Of a stretch of DNA of 64,000 bases, positions 13,823 through 26,899 are shown piece by piece; the first letter of the stretch is position 1, and each line of letters starts with the position of its first letter. This stretch comes from Eledone cirrhosa (Eukaryota). A program made the position numbers and the translations under genes. The notes beneath the pieces are model-generated. The model saw only the letters and a list, made by a program, of their open reading frames with translations. It was not told the DNA's origin and ran no database searches. The stretch lies in contig OZ024755.1 in assembly GCA_964016885.1 (NCBI GenBank), forward strand, positions 33,976,001-34,040,000, read 5' to 3'.

Positions 13823-15405
13823 AATATATATAGAGAGAGGGTTATAATATATATAGAGAGGGTTATAATATATATAGAGAGGGTTAAAATATATATAGAG
13901 AGGGTTATAATATATAGAGAGAGGGTTATAATATATAGAAAGAGAGAGGGTTAAAATATATATAGAGAGGGTTATAATATATAGAGAGAGGGTTATAATA
14001 TATAGAAAGAGAGAGGGTTAAAATATATATAGAGAGGGTTATAATATATAGAGAGAGGGTTATAATATATAGAAAGAGAGAGGGTTAAAATATATATAGA
14101 GAGGGTTATAATATATAGAGAGAGGGTTATAATATATAGAGAGACGGTTATAATATATAGAGAGAGGGTTATAATATATAGAGAGAGGGTTATAATATAT
14201 AGAGAGACGGTTATAATATATAGAGAGACGGTTATAATATATAGAGAGAGGGTTATAATATATAGAGAGAGGGTTATAATATATAGAGAGACGGTTATAA
14301 TATATAGAGAGACGGTTATAATATATAGAAAGAGAGAGGGTTAAAATATATATAGAGAGGGATATAATATATAGAGAGAGGGTTATAATATATAGAGAGA
14401 CGGTTATAATATATAGAGAGACGGTTATAATATATAGAGAGAGGGTTATAATATATAGAGAGAGGGTTATAATATATAGAGAGACGGTTATAATATATAG
14501 AGAGACGGTTATAATATATAGAAAGAGAGAGGGTTAAAATATATATAGAGAGGGTTATAATATATATAGAGAGGGTTATAATATATAGAGAAACGGTTAT
14601 AATATATAGAAAGAGAGAGGGTTAAAATATATATAGAGAGGGATATAATATATATAGAGAGGGTTATAATATATAGAGAAACGGTTATAATATATAGAGA
14701 GAGGGTTATAATATATATAGAGAGGGATATAATATATAGAGAGAGGGTTATTATATATAGAGAGACGGTTATAATATATAGAGAGAGGGTTATAATATAT
14801 AGAGAGAGGGTTATAATATATAGAAAGAGAGAGGGTTAAAATATATATAGAGAGGGATATAATATATATAGAGAGGGTTATAATATATAGAGAAACGGTT
14901 ATAATATATAGAGAGAGGGTTATAATATATATAGAGAGGGTTATAATATATATAGAGAGGGTTATAATATATAGAGAGAGGGTTATAATATATAGAGAGA
15001 CGGTTATAATATATAGAGAGAGGGTTATAATATATAGAGAGAGGGTTATAATATATAGAAAGAGAGAGGGTTAAAATATATATAGAGAGGGATATAATAT
15101 ATATAGAGAGGGTTATAATATATAGAGAGAGGGTTATAATATATAGAGAGAGGGTTATAATATATATAGAGAGGGTTAAAATATATATAGAGAGGGATAT
15201 AATATATATAGAGAGGGTTATAATATATAGAGAGAGGGTTATAATATATAGAGAGACGGTTATAATATATAGAAAGAGAGAGGGTTAAAATATAAAGAGA
15301 GAGGGTTAAAATATATAGAGAGAGGGTTATAATATATAGAGAGACGGTTATAATATATATAGAGAGGGTTATAATATATAGAGAGAGGGTTATAATACAT
15401 AGAGA
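13823..15405. repeat. 22/26-bp minisatellite, ~70 copies
   Basis: Unit AGAGAGAGGGTTATAATATAT plus one further base, with 26-bp variants. Confidence 0.93.
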
Positions 15406-15419
15406 GTGTGTTATTGGTT

Positions 15420-15527
15420 ATCCCGCCGAGGTTAACTTTGCCTTTCATCCTTACGGGGTCGATACAATAAAGTACCAGTAATGTACTGGGTAATTGCTGG
15501 CCTTGTGCCAAAAGTAGAAACAATTAT
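15420..15527 (+). mobile_element. SINE A, 3' part
   Basis: TCCCGCCGAGGTTAACTTTGCCTTTCATCC...AAAGTAGAAACAATT. Confidence 0.85.
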
Positions 15528-15689
15528 TTATGTATGTATATATATAATATCTCACATAACATTTACATTACTCTATATTTACTATTATATTTTCATAGTG
15601 AAGGGTTTACCTCATATAATTAGGCTGTATTACATTACAGACAAGCACACAATCACAGAGTTTTAGTAGTATATAGATATATATAGCAG

Positions 15690-16010
15690 AGAGAATGAAT
15701 AAACTGAGAGAGAAGATAAGTGGAAGGAATGTGAAGAGATAAAAGGTATGAAGGTAAATATAAAGATGAGGCTAATGCTAAGTGGTATATCATGCAGAGA
15801 GATGGAAAGAACAGGAAGCTGGGCATGTCTAGTGTGCAGGAAGAGTGTCGGAGTGAACTCTATTAAATATATGATATGCACTGTGTGGGTACATAAAAAT
15901 GTAGTGGTGTGAGAAGATTATTGAATAATGTAGCAGTTAGATTTAAGTGTAAGATGTGTGCATGTAGGATGTGAAGATGGAGAGAATGTTTAGCTGGATC
16001 TGGGAAATGT
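15690..16010 (+). mobile_element. Old RTE internal fragment
   Basis: Reads WACLVCRKSVGVNSIK..ICTVWVHK, homologous to the Cys motif at 12549-12700. Confidence 0.55.
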
Positions 16011-16654
16011 TGTGAAGAGAGATGGTGTGAAAAGGTTTTATTATCTAAGAAAATTGAACAAAACAAGGGGATAAAAATCAAAACCAAAACCTCAACACAG
16101 GCAGAAATTAAGGGATTTTAATTATAAGAGAAACTAAAACATAATTATATGTTTAATTATAAGTAAAATACAAAATATAACTGTAGAATATGTGAAAGCA
16201 GATTATTTCTTTGTATTCATTCTGTAACTGCTGAATAAGAAGAATTAATTGCATTTTCATATTCTTGTTGCTCAGTCATAGCCAAAAGCAAGCATGGAAG
16301 AATTTGAGGTTTCATACACAGGAAATTATGTCAGCATAATACAATGCCTATAAAAAGAAAAAGATGGAACAAAGCATAACAAAGCAACTATAGACTCTGA
16401 AATTCCAATTCATACAGACAGGATGATTAACTCTTAACGTCCTGTACCACATGAAACCACATTCTTGAAAAGTACAAAATACTACTATAGTACTATGACT
16501 GCATTATGTTAAAATTTAGTCTTAAAAAATACTCTTTACCTTAGTTCAGTGTAAGTTTTCACAATTACCTCTCCACTAATAAAAATTCTATAATCATTTG
16601 AATTAAAAAAATTGTTTTATAGTCATTTCCAGGTAAAACATTACATGATATTAA

Positions 16655-16859
16655 CCCTTTAGCATTTCCATTATTCTATATATACTGTTGTATTTTTGTG
16701 GTAAAGGGTTTACCTCACATAATATTGAATCTATGAGATTTTGATATTTATTTTGAGAACAATACCTTAACATCAGTATGAGTAGCTGGTTACAGCTGGT
16801 TTAAACAGAAAGAGATGAGAGAATTCTGGGCAGATACAGCCGGTTTAAATGCTAAAGGG
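16655..16859 (+). mobile_element. Non-autonomous piggyBac-type MITE, ~205 bp, full length
   Basis: TTAA-CCCTTTAGCATTT ... AAATGCTAAAGGG-TCAA: CCC-starting terminal inverted repeats and a TTAA target. An inverted partial copy follows at 16864-16976. Confidence 0.85.
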
Positions 16860-17010
16860 TCAACCTTTTAGCATTTAAACCGGCCATATCCAACCAGAAT
16901 TCTCTCACCTCTTTCTGTTCAAACCAGCCATAACTGACTAGTCATACTGACATTAAGGTATTATTTTCAAAATAAAGCACATCTTATAGTTGCTTATTTT
17001 TATATATATA

Positions 17011-17358
17011 TGGAGGCACATGGCTTAGTGGTTAGAGCATTGGCCTTGCAATCGAAAGGTTGTGAGTTCAATTCTCAGACTGGGTGATGTGTTGTTTCCT
17101 TGGGCAAGACACTTTATTTCACATTGCTCCAGTTTACTCAGCTGTAGAAATGAGATGATAGGGACAGGGGTCCCTATCATTCCACTGCAAAGTGGTCGTG
17201 GAGGTGCCACGGCAAAAAAGCACCCAGCACTCACTGTAAAATGAGGTTGGTGTTAGGAAGGGCATCCAGCTGTAGAAATCAAGCCAGAATCAGTTCCCGT
17301 CCCACCCTTGCAAGCAGGGAAAAAGCGGACGTAAAATGAAATGATGAAATGATGATGA
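17011..17358 (+). mobile_element. SINE family B, full length
   Basis: A box TGGCTTAGTGG, B box GAGTTCAATTC, CORE-like CCTTGGGCAAGACACTT, RTE tail, (ATG)n. Confidence 0.92.
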
Positions 17359-17980
17359 TATATATAGGATCTATCTTTGTTGTTGTTAGGTTTAGTACGG
17401 CAAACTGTTGAACCAGTGAGTCAGAATTGTGATATACCATACTCTTATTTGATGTGGACTATGATATTTATGAATTTCAAATAATACAATAAAGTATTAC
17501 CAGCCAAAATCGAAATTTTATGCATACTTTTAAGCTAGATGTTCTCCAATATTGACAGCTGAATATACAAACAAGCATATCTGGATTTCAGATAATCTTA
17601 TTTGTGCTTGATTATGTTCATGAATATCTCAATATGAGCAATTCCTATGTGATATGTATATAATATTTTCATTGTAACCTCCTTATATAAAAAAAAAGCC
17701 TGGAATATGTTTCAAGTTTCTGTTTTTGTTACAAACGTGCACATTAGGTTTGACATCAAACACCCAACATCAGTTAGATTACTTTTTAACCCTTGATTTT
17801 TCTCCATATTCAACATTTACAGAATGCTAACTGATAAAACCTTATTTGCCCACTTCACACTGGCTTTTTCATCTGGCACTACATCTGTTTATACCTACTG
17901 CAAGATAAATTGTATTGAAAACGACTTCAATGAAATAAAAAAAAAATTCACTAATATTATGCTGTTCCTTAACATGTTAA

Positions 17981-18207
17981 CCCTTTAGCATTTAAACCTG
18001 CCATATCCAGTCAGAATTCTCTCACCCCTTTCTGTTCAAACTGGCCATAACTAGCCACTCATACGGATGTTAAAGGATTTTTCTCAAAGTAAATAATATC
18101 AAAATCTCAGATTCGATATTATCTGAAATAATTATGTGAGGTAAAGCCTTTACTCTGCAAAAATACAATAGTATATATATAGAGAGGGTAATGCAAATGT
18201 TAAAGGG
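17981..18207 (-). mobile_element. piggyBac-type MITE, full length
   Basis: TTAA at 17977-17980 and 18208-18211 flank CCCTTTAGCATTT/AAATGTTAAAGGG. Confidence 0.85.
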
Positions 18208-18337
18208 TTAAGGCCAAGTGGATACCCAGAATTCTTTATCATAACGTGGCCACTTTAGGAGTAAACATAGATTATAAACAAGGTAGGAGTTCTTAAAATA
18301 TCTGCTAATGTCAGATTTATCATTTACACCAAACCAT

Positions 18338-18616
18338 TATAATAATAATGATAATAATAATAATGAAAATATTGTGTACAGTGCTCAGGTGCACTACAAC
18401 TCATCAAAAGTGTATGTATAGTACATAGGGTAATGTAGAAACATCAGGAAAATAAACAGTGCATGAGTCATGATATATACATGTGTGCATGTGTATGGAA
18501 GGGGGACATCAGGTGTAGTTTTGGCGAATTTCGGGAAGCATGAGGGTTTTAAAGGATGCAGTGTCTCGGCAGCTAACAACTGATGCAGGCAGTTTGTTCC
18601 ATGCTTCAGCAACTCT
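18338..18616 (-). mobile_element. CR1/L2-group LINE 3' end
   Basis: Minus frame reads RVAEAWNKLPASVVSCRDTASFK (WN.LP motif), followed by a 3' UTR and an (ATT)n tail. Confidence 0.75.
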
Positions 18617-18656
18617 GTGCTGTTTTCATTTTAGATGAATGAGTTAATCATATATT

Positions 18657-18993
18657 TGGAGGCACATGGCTTAGTGGTTAGAGCATTGGCCTTGCAATCG
18701 AAAGGTTGTGAGTTCAATTCTCAGACCGGGTGATGTGTTGTTTCCTTGAGCAAGACACTTTATTTCACATTGCTCCAGTTTACTCAGCTGTAGAAATGAG
18801 ATGATAAGGACTGGGGTCCCTATCATTCCACTGCAAAGTGGTCGTGGAGGTGCCACGGCAAAAAAGCACCTAGCACTCACTGTAAATGAGGTTGGTGTTA
18901 GGAAGGGCATCCAGCTGTAGAAATCAAGCCAGAATCAATTACCGTCCCACCCTTACAAGCAGGGAAAAAGCGGACGTAAAATGAAATGATGAT
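18657..18993 (+). mobile_element. SINE family B, full length
   Basis: Same structure as 17011-17358. Confidence 0.92.
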
Positions 18994-19295
18994 TTACCTA
19001 TTTAGAACTTTCTATAGACAGCTTCTCAGGTACAAAATATTTTACAGAAATGTTAGTAACTTACATATTAAAGAAACTAGATATTTCTTATTTGCAAGGA
19101 CCAATTACCAACAGCAGAATATCCTGTAATTAACAAGGGTTTAATTAACTAACTGTACTGAACTCAAAACCTCCCACTAGCTCTATACGGACATTTAAAT
19201 TGAATAAATAAATGAGATGCGATTATTTTTCCATTTAATTTAAGACAATACAAAATCATATTTTAAGAACAAGATAGATAGTAAGACTATATATT

Positions 19296-19481
19296 TGTTT
19301 CTACTTTAGGCACAAGGCCAGCAATTACCCAGTGCATTACTGGTACTTTATTTTATCGACCCCCGTAAGGATGAAAGGCAAAGTGAACCTCGGCAGGATT
19401 TGAACGCAGATCGTAAAGGGACGTAACTATGCTGGAAAGCATGGCATCCGACCCTCTACCGATACTGCCAATCCACCGCCC
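19296..19481 (-). mobile_element. SINE A, full length, with target-site duplication
   Basis: TAAGACTATATATT at 19282-19295 and 19482-19495. Confidence 0.92.
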
Positions 19482-19512
19482 TAAGACTATATATTAAGAA
19501 CTAATGTTGTGT

Positions 19513-20140
19513 ATCATCATCATCACCGTTTAATGTCCATTCTTCCATGCTGGCATAGGTTAGACGAGTTATCCTATTGTGAGCAATGCCAGGCCAGATG
19601 ACCATGTCTTGCTCATACAGAACTGATTTTCATGTGGTTTCTACAGCTGGATGCCCTTCCTAGCGTCAACCTCATTTACAGTGTGGACTGGGTGCTTTTC
19701 GTCGTGACACCTACACAACTACCTTACAGTGTGGGCTGGGTGCTTTTTGTTGTGGTTGTGACACCTACATGATTACTTCACAGTGAGTACTGGGTGTTTT
19801 GTGCCATGACACCTACACAACCTCATTTACAGTGTGGACTGGGTGCTTTTCGTTGTGACACCTACACAACTACCTTACAGTGTGGGCTGGGTACTTTTTG
19901 TTGTAGTTGTGACACCTACATGATTACTTCACAGTGAGTACTGGGTGTTTTGTGCCATGACACCTACACAACCACTTTATAGTGTGGACTGGGTGCTTTT
20001 TTCCGTGACACCTACACAACCACTTTACAGTGTGGGCTAATTGTTTTTTGCTGTGGCACCTACACAACCACTTTACAGTGTGGGCTAATTGCTTTTTGCC
20101 GTGGCACCTACATAACCACTTTACAGACTGGACTGGGTAC
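19513..20140 (-). mobile_element. RTE 3'-UTR piece with ~10 diverged 47-53 bp internal repeats
   Basis: GGATGCCCTTCCTA motif and TTACAGTGTGGACTGGGTG..GTGACACCTACAC units; (ATG)n tail. Confidence 0.8.
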
Positions 20141-20198
20141 TTTCTCAGATATCTTGGGATGGATATAATTGTAAAACATAAGATGCCATTATTTATCC

Positions 20199-20385
20199 TG
20201 GATTGGCAGTATCGGTAGAGGGTCGGATGCCATGCTTTGCAGCATAGAGTTATGGCCCTTTATGATCTGAGTTCAAATCCTGCCGAGGTTAACTTTGCCT
20301 TTCATCCTTACGGGGGTCGATAAAATAAAGTACCAGTAATGCACTGGGATAATTGCTGGCCTTGTGCCAAAAGTAGAAATAATTA
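20199..20385 (+). mobile_element. SINE A
   Basis: A and B boxes, body and tail are present. ATT(A)TTTATCC-like direct repeats flank it. Confidence 0.88.
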
Positions 20386-20985
20386 TTTATCCATTGAATT
20401 TAAGACAATACAAAATGCTATTTTAGGGACAAGAAAGGTAGCAAGACTCTATATAGTAAGAATTAAAATGTTTTGGTTAATATCAAACTTCAGATACCTT
20501 TACATAGACCAATAGCGAGGGGAGTGTAGACAGTAATTTAAAAAAATACAGCTTCAGAGGCTGGATTGACTGGGTAGACTGGATGGACAGGTTCTAGGGA
20601 GAACAAAACTAGTAAGGGGTGGTTTTAAAGAACTGATATTTGCAAAGAAAACTCCATAAAGGTGGGTGCAAGTAAAAACGAAAAAAAAAAAAAAAAATAC
20701 AAGTATTTAAATGAAGGAAGAAAATCAACCCCCAAAAAATAAAACAAACAATATGATAAAGTAAAAGAGAGTCAGTGTGACTGACTCATACAACTGATTC
20801 AAGCATTGGAGGAGGTGAAGGAAGCAGAAATGGATGTTAAATCAATGAGGATGCATTATGACAGGGTTGTTTTCAACTTTCTTTCAGTCCAGCCATCAGC
20901 ATTTTCCCATTCCTTTGTGAAAACAACATGAAAATGGTTCCTGAAAGTCTGCCTGACTAATACCCAAATACATACATAGGCATAT

Positions 20986-21055
<70 letters not shown>

Positions 21056-21104
21056 TCACATAAAATGCATGTGTATGTGTAGTGTTGTGTATATATCTGT
21101 ATGT

Positions 21105-21143
<39 letters not shown>

Positions 21144-21214
21144 TTCTATATAGATATAAGTATATATATATGATTTATATATATAAGTATATATATATAT
21201 TAGATACATATATA

Positions 21215-21245
<31 letters not shown>

Positions 21246-21364
21246 ACGAAGGAAATGTGGTAAGGAACCAGGTGGACCATAACGCACCAAAGTACTCAAT
21301 ACTCAGGGTGTCCAGAATTAGCCGTCGAAACGGCTTGAGCTCAGCTGTCGGGGTCTTACTCGTT

Positions 21365-21405
<41 letters not shown>

Positions 21406-21584
21406 TTATATCTATATATATATATACTTATATTTATATATATATATACTTATATCTATATACTTATATATATATATCATATATATATATATACATATCT
21501 ATACATATATATATACTTATATATATATATCATATATATATATATATATACTTATATCTATATATAGATATAAGTATATATATA

Positions 21585-21624
<40 letters not shown>

Positions 21625-21651
21625 GTATAAAAGTAAATATATATATATATA

Positions 21652-22300
21652 ATCTCTCTATATATATAAAACTGAGGATGTCTGTGTGTGTGAGTTTGAA
21701 TCCCTAATACTCGAGAAACACCCAACCGACTGTTTTCAAACTTTACACATATAATAGTTATGTTTCAGGGAGTGTTCTGAGCAAAAACAAATTTTAAATT
21801 TTCAATGCCCTAGGGACCGCATTAGGCGATTTAGCGATCTCTCTCTATAATTCTTAGTCTTTTTCTTTTTAGATAGATACATACTTATAACGTCGCGCCC
21901 TTGAAATATCTGTCTGTATGTCTGGCTGTCTGCATTACGTCACTTCTCTGAGGATGTCTGTTTGTGTGTGTGTGAGTTTGAATCCCTAAAACTTGAGAAG
22001 TACCCAACCGACTTTTTTCAAACTTTACATGTGTATTACTTATGTTTCAGGGAGTGTTATGCACATAAAAGAATTCAACTTTTTGATCCCCGAGGGCCCG
22101 CATTAGGTGAAAAACTGCGTTTTTTCAGGTCTTTAGGGGTTTTTTGAGTCGTTACGTCAGACTGATTTCCTTGAAATTGCAACTATGTATTAGTCAGTCT
22201 CTTCTTCATACCGTGAGCAAAGAAGATCCAACTTTATTATGGCCTAGGGCCCGCATTAGGTGAAAAACTTCATTTTTTCAGCTTTTTAGGGCTTTTTACT
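21652..22300 (+). mobile_element. Probable non-autonomous Helitron-like element with internal duplication
   Basis: Starts TCTCTATATATATAAAACTGAGGATGTCTGTGTG, a TC/TATATAAA start typical of animal Helitrons. 21672-21830 is duplicated at 21948-22110. I found no 3' CTRR hairpin. Confidence 0.45.
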
Positions 22301-22309
22301 GTGTTATCT

Positions 22310-22687
22310 ACACAGCCATATTACAGTGTGGACTGTGTGTTTTTTTGTCGTGACACCTACACGATCTCATTATCTCGTGGTGTTGGTGGGAGTTGGAGGA
22401 TAGGGTAGGGGTAGTGGATTGTGGTGTATATTTGGTTAAGAGGTGCCTACTGACTGTAGGTTTCGCTTTGTACATAGGCAAGGTGGGTCTTCTGTATTAC
22501 TGCGTAGCGCCAAAGATCTTGGTCCAGTGACATTGTCTTAGAGAGGTGCAAGTGTGTAAGGTCGGAATTTATCAGATCATCTCAGGTTTTTCTGGGTCTA
22601 CCTACTCCGTAATTACCATCAATTTTGATCGTCCTGCACTTTTTTTATGCAGCTGTCATCTTTCATGCGCATCACGTGACCATACCG

Positions 22688-22688
<1 letters not shown>
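22310..22688 (-). mobile_element. RTE LINE 3' fragment
   Basis: Minus frame YGHVMRMKDDSCIKK; homologous to 30690-31065. Confidence 0.85.
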
Positions 22689-22733
<45 letters not shown>

Positions 22734-22742
22734 ATATATATA

Positions 22743-22935
22743 ATAGACGGTAGCCACGGAGTAGGCAGACCCAGAAAAACCTGGGACGACTTGATAAATT
22801 CCGACCTCACACTTACACCTCTCCAAGACAATGTCATTGGACCGAGATCTTTGGCGCTATACAGTCACACAGAAGATCCGCCTTGCCTAAGTACAAAGCG
22901 AAACCTACAGTCAGTAGGCACCTCTAACAAAATAT
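22743..22935 (+). mobile_element. RTE LINE 3' fragment, opposite orientation to its neighbour
   Basis: Reads IDGSHGVGRPRKTWDDLINSDL; homologous to 46170-46350. Confidence 0.8.
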
Positions 22936-23184
22936 AGATATATATACATATATATATATACATATATATATATACATATATATATACATATGTAGATAAA
23001 TCTACCAAGAGTTTACGGTAGTGTCCAATCCGTATGAAGAACTCAATGTATTCCGGATATCATGGAAAGAAGAGATGTAATGAAAATCCAATTTCGGTGA
23101 AAGATAAACGGTATACAGAGTCAAGATAAAATATTAAACAAATAATGAACAAACAATTCCTTATATTAAACAAAAAAAGTTCAC

Positions 23185-23329
23185 TATTTAACGATCGTTT
23201 CTAGGGTATATATGTGTTATAATTGGTATGCATATTTAACAGATCTATGTACAAAATTATACAAAATTATACAAATTATCAAGATTAAATATACATACCT
23301 AACTCATATATACGCCGTCTTCAGAAATA
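23185..23329 (-). ncRNA. Type-I hammerhead motif with long stem II insertion, inside a foldback (23126-23493)
   Basis: Minus strand: tattt-CTGAAGA-cggcGTATATATG...CATATATACccta-GAAA-CGATCG-TT-aaata. Stem III is the palindrome ACGATCGT. Confidence 0.55.
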
Positions 23330-23749
23330 TTTAATCTTGATAATTTGTATAATTTTGTATAATTTTGTACATAGATCTGTTAAATATGCATACCAATTAT
23401 AACACATATATACCCTAGAAACGATCGTTAAATAGTGAACTTTTTTTGTTTAATATAAGGAATTGTTTGTTCATTATTTGTTTAATATTTTATATATATA
23501 CATATATATATAGAGAGAATTCACAAGAATCAAAGCTATGTTCAAAACATTTATTCACTTAAAATTCTTCCAAACCTAGGCTTGTAGCCTTCAGAGCAAT
23601 TTTTAATGTTTGTACATACAATTGACCTGCTACTCAACACAAGAGATAAATTACTGACCTTCCCTGTTTAGAGTTTAAAATATACGTAACTATAAATAGT
23701 ATCCTTAATATTATATACATATATATATATACATATATATATTCATTCA

Positions 23750-24042
23750 TTCATTTTCATTTCATTTTACGTCCACTTTTTCCCTGCTTGCAAGAGTGGG
23801 ACGGGAACTGATTCTGGCTTGATTTCTACAGCTGGATGCCCTTCCTAACACCAACCTCATTTACAGTGAGTGCTGGGTACTTTTTTGCCGTGGCACCTGC
23901 ACGACCACTTTGCAGTGGAATGATAGGGACCCCAGTCCCTATCATCTCATTTCTACAGCTGAGTAAACTGGAGCAATGTGAAATAAAGTGTCTTGCTCAA
24001 GGAAACAACACATCACCCGGTCTGAGAATTGAACTCACAACC
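23750..24042 (-). mobile_element. SINE B, head truncated
   Basis: Family B body and tail. Confidence 0.88.
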
Positions 24043-24347
24043 AACTAGCCATTGTAATTGGCAACTAATAAAATATTCATACTATTATCACCTGAAAACT
24101 AAACTGACTAACTTATTAAATAAATAGATACACAGTTATAAAAAATACCAATGGAGCATTTTAATTATAGCCATACTGTGTTACCCTATTTCAGACTTCA
24201 GAATAATATATTACATCATACTAGAGCAGAGTTAACAAAATGTCATAACATTTGAAAATTTTATGTCCCCCACTCTTACAATATACTGGATATATTTCAT
24301 ACTTCACCATATTTATAAAGAAAAATCACATTGAATTATATAGTCCC

Positions 24348-24692
24348 ATCATTTCATTTCATCATTTCATTTTATGTCCGCTTTTCCCTGCTTGCAAGAG
24401 TGGGACAGGAACTAATTCTGGCTTGATTTCTACAGCTGGATGCCCTTCCTAACACCAACCTCATTTACAGTGAGTGCTGGGTGCTTTTTTGCCGCGGCAC
24501 CTCCACGACCACTTTGTAGTGGAATGATAGGGACCCCAGTCCTAGCATCTCATTTCTACAGCTGAGTAAACTGGAGCAATGTGAAATAAAGTGTCTTGCT
24601 CAAGGAAATAACACATCACCTGGTCGGAGAATTGAACTCACAACCTTTCGATTGCAAGCCCAATTATCTAACCACTAAGCCATGTGCCTCCA
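24348..24692 (-). mobile_element. SINE B, full length
   Basis: Family B sequence. Confidence 0.9.
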
Positions 24693-24711
24693 TATATACT
24701 GTTATATATAT

Positions 24712-24836
24712 GTTGATGCCCTATGGACAGAGACCGATCTCTTGGAGACGCAGACATGGCAGCGACGATGAGGGACAGAGATCGCTGTAGAGAACTCGTC
24801 CATGGATCTCGGGAATTTTACCCGCCCTAGATAGAT
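24712..24836 (+). mobile_element. Short RTE 3' fragment, (TAGA)n family
   Basis: Matches 6448-6575. Confidence 0.8.
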
Positions 24837-25065
24837 ATATACTGTGGCTGAGTGGTTAGAGAATTGCATTCGCAATCATGAGCTTTTGAGTTTGATTCCC
24901 AGATTGGGCGATGCGTTATGTCCTTGAGCAACCAGTATTTGAAGAGTTTAACCTCCTCAGCCTAGAGTGCAGCAGAGCCTTGGCTAGTTGCAACATTGCC
25001 TCATAATAAGTAATACAATACTAGATTGGGGATTCAAAATCACTGAATTTCTTCCATTTTATATA

Positions 25066-25150
25066 CAGGTTGTCCCCCAAAAATGTATACACACTTCATT
25101 CAACAGCATTCTAATAAACAGGTGTATAAATTTTGTGGAGGACCATCCTG
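25066..25150. mobile_element. Tiny Tc1/mariner-type MITE
   Basis: TA-CAGGTTGTCCCCCAAAAATGTATACAC ... GTGTATAAATTTTGTGGAGGACCATCCTG-TA: imperfect terminal inverted repeats with TA flanks. Confidence 0.55.
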
Positions 25151-25482
25151 TATTTAGACAGATTCTCTTATTCATCACATCCCTTTTCACCTAACTGTCA
25201 AAAATAAGTATTATTTATTTGTGAATATTGCTCTGATATCACAAAATGATATATTTCTCTCTCATCTCCTAAAGCAAATTAATTTTCTGCTGACCATAGA
25301 TTATTATAACATCCCTTGGTATTACTAAAAGTATATCATATCTCAAGCTGAGAATGATATACTTCATGTGACAATTATATATCATAGTCATACATGAAGC
25401 TTGAGTAAGATTTTGTTTTATGTTGATGGACACTGATGTAGACAATTGACCAACTGAATGTCAATGGTTATTCCATTTTAAT

Positions 25483-26337
25483 TAATTGTTTCTATTTTTG
25501 GCACAAGGCCAGCAATTAACCCAGTGCATTACAGGTACTTTATTTTATCAACCCCTATAAGGATGAAAGGCAAAGTTAACCTCGGTGGGATTTGAACACA
25601 GATTGAAAAGGTCCATAACTCTATGCTGCAAATTATGGTGTCCGACGCTCTACCGATACTGCCAATCCACCGCTTTGTTAGCAAAATAATTGTTTCTACT
25701 TTTGTCACAAGGCCAGCAATTACCCCAGTGCATTACTGGTACTTTATTTTATCGACCTCTTAAGGATAGAACACAAAGTTAACCTCGGCAGGATTTGAAC
25801 TCAGATCGTAATGGGCCGTAACTCTCTGCTGCAACACATGGTGTCCGATCCTCTCCCGATACTGCTAATGACCAAAGGAAAGGGAACATTCATTGCACTT
25901 TTCTTCTGATTTTATTGATATCACAACAACATAAAGATAGAAGCAAAACAGAAGGTATAATTGGTGGCTTGGCAGTATTGGTAGAGCATCAGACACCATG
26001 CTTTGCAGCATAGAGTTATGGCCCTTTATGTTCTAAGTTTAAATCCTGCCGAGGTTAACTTTGCCTTTCATCCTTACGGGGTCGATAAAATAAAGTACCA
26101 GTAATGCACTCGGGTAATTATTGGCCTTGTGCCAAAAGTAGAAACATTGTGGATTGGCAGTAACAGTAGAGGGTCGGTCGCCATGCTTTACGGCAAAGAG
26201 TTACGTCCCTTTACGGACTGAGTTCAAATCCCGCCGAGGTTAAATTTGCCTTTCATCCTTACGGGGTCGATAAAATAAAGTACCTGTAATACACTGGGAT
26301 AATTGCTGGCCTTGTGCCAAAAAGTAGAAACAATTAT
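25483..26337. mobile_element. Cluster of four SINE A copies (two minus, then two plus)
   Basis: Minus 25483-25672 and 25687-25868; plus 25963-26146 and 26149-26337. Confidence 0.88.
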
Positions 26338-26899
26338 TATATTCACCTTCATATCTCTCTCATTTCAGCATTAAGTTCTAAGTTTGATTTTGCCATTTAT
26401 CCCCATGGAAATAATTTATGAAAATAAATGTTAATAATACACTCGAGGCTAGTATAATTGACAGTATTTTCCAGCCTTAATAGTTGACCTTGTGCCTAAG
26501 TAATAAATAAATACAGTGCACTGTCATTTTCCACCTGCTCTTCTGTTGAAATGAGGATTGGGATTTTACTTTGTCTAAATCCCCACCCTTGATGTCAATA
26601 AGGCTAATGAACCCTAAATGACATTATTTAATTTCAGCTGTCACAGTATTTGAGATATCAGTCATACACATTTCTACATATAAGGAAATGTCTGTACAGT
26701 GAGAAGAACGGCTAACCATGTGATACAATATAACATTTCAACATATGAAACTACTTTAACTTAGATTATATCAGTTAAGGCAATCTCACCTCCTACTATA
26801 CTATGTTATATACACGATACTACACCCTATACTACATCACACTATACTACAACCCACCCACCAGTCATGTCATAGTACTCCATATTTCTACTTACATCA

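Noticed and set aside
13823-15405. Telomere-like array (GGGTTA)
   Set aside because: GGGTTA occurs once per 22-bp unit among TA/GA dinucleotides; it is not tandem TTAGGG.
21290-21360. GAAACGGC...GCTGTC half-hammerhead, related sequence near 49500-49535
   Set aside because: A stem III and GUC are present but there is no CUGANGA or UUGANAA core upstream.
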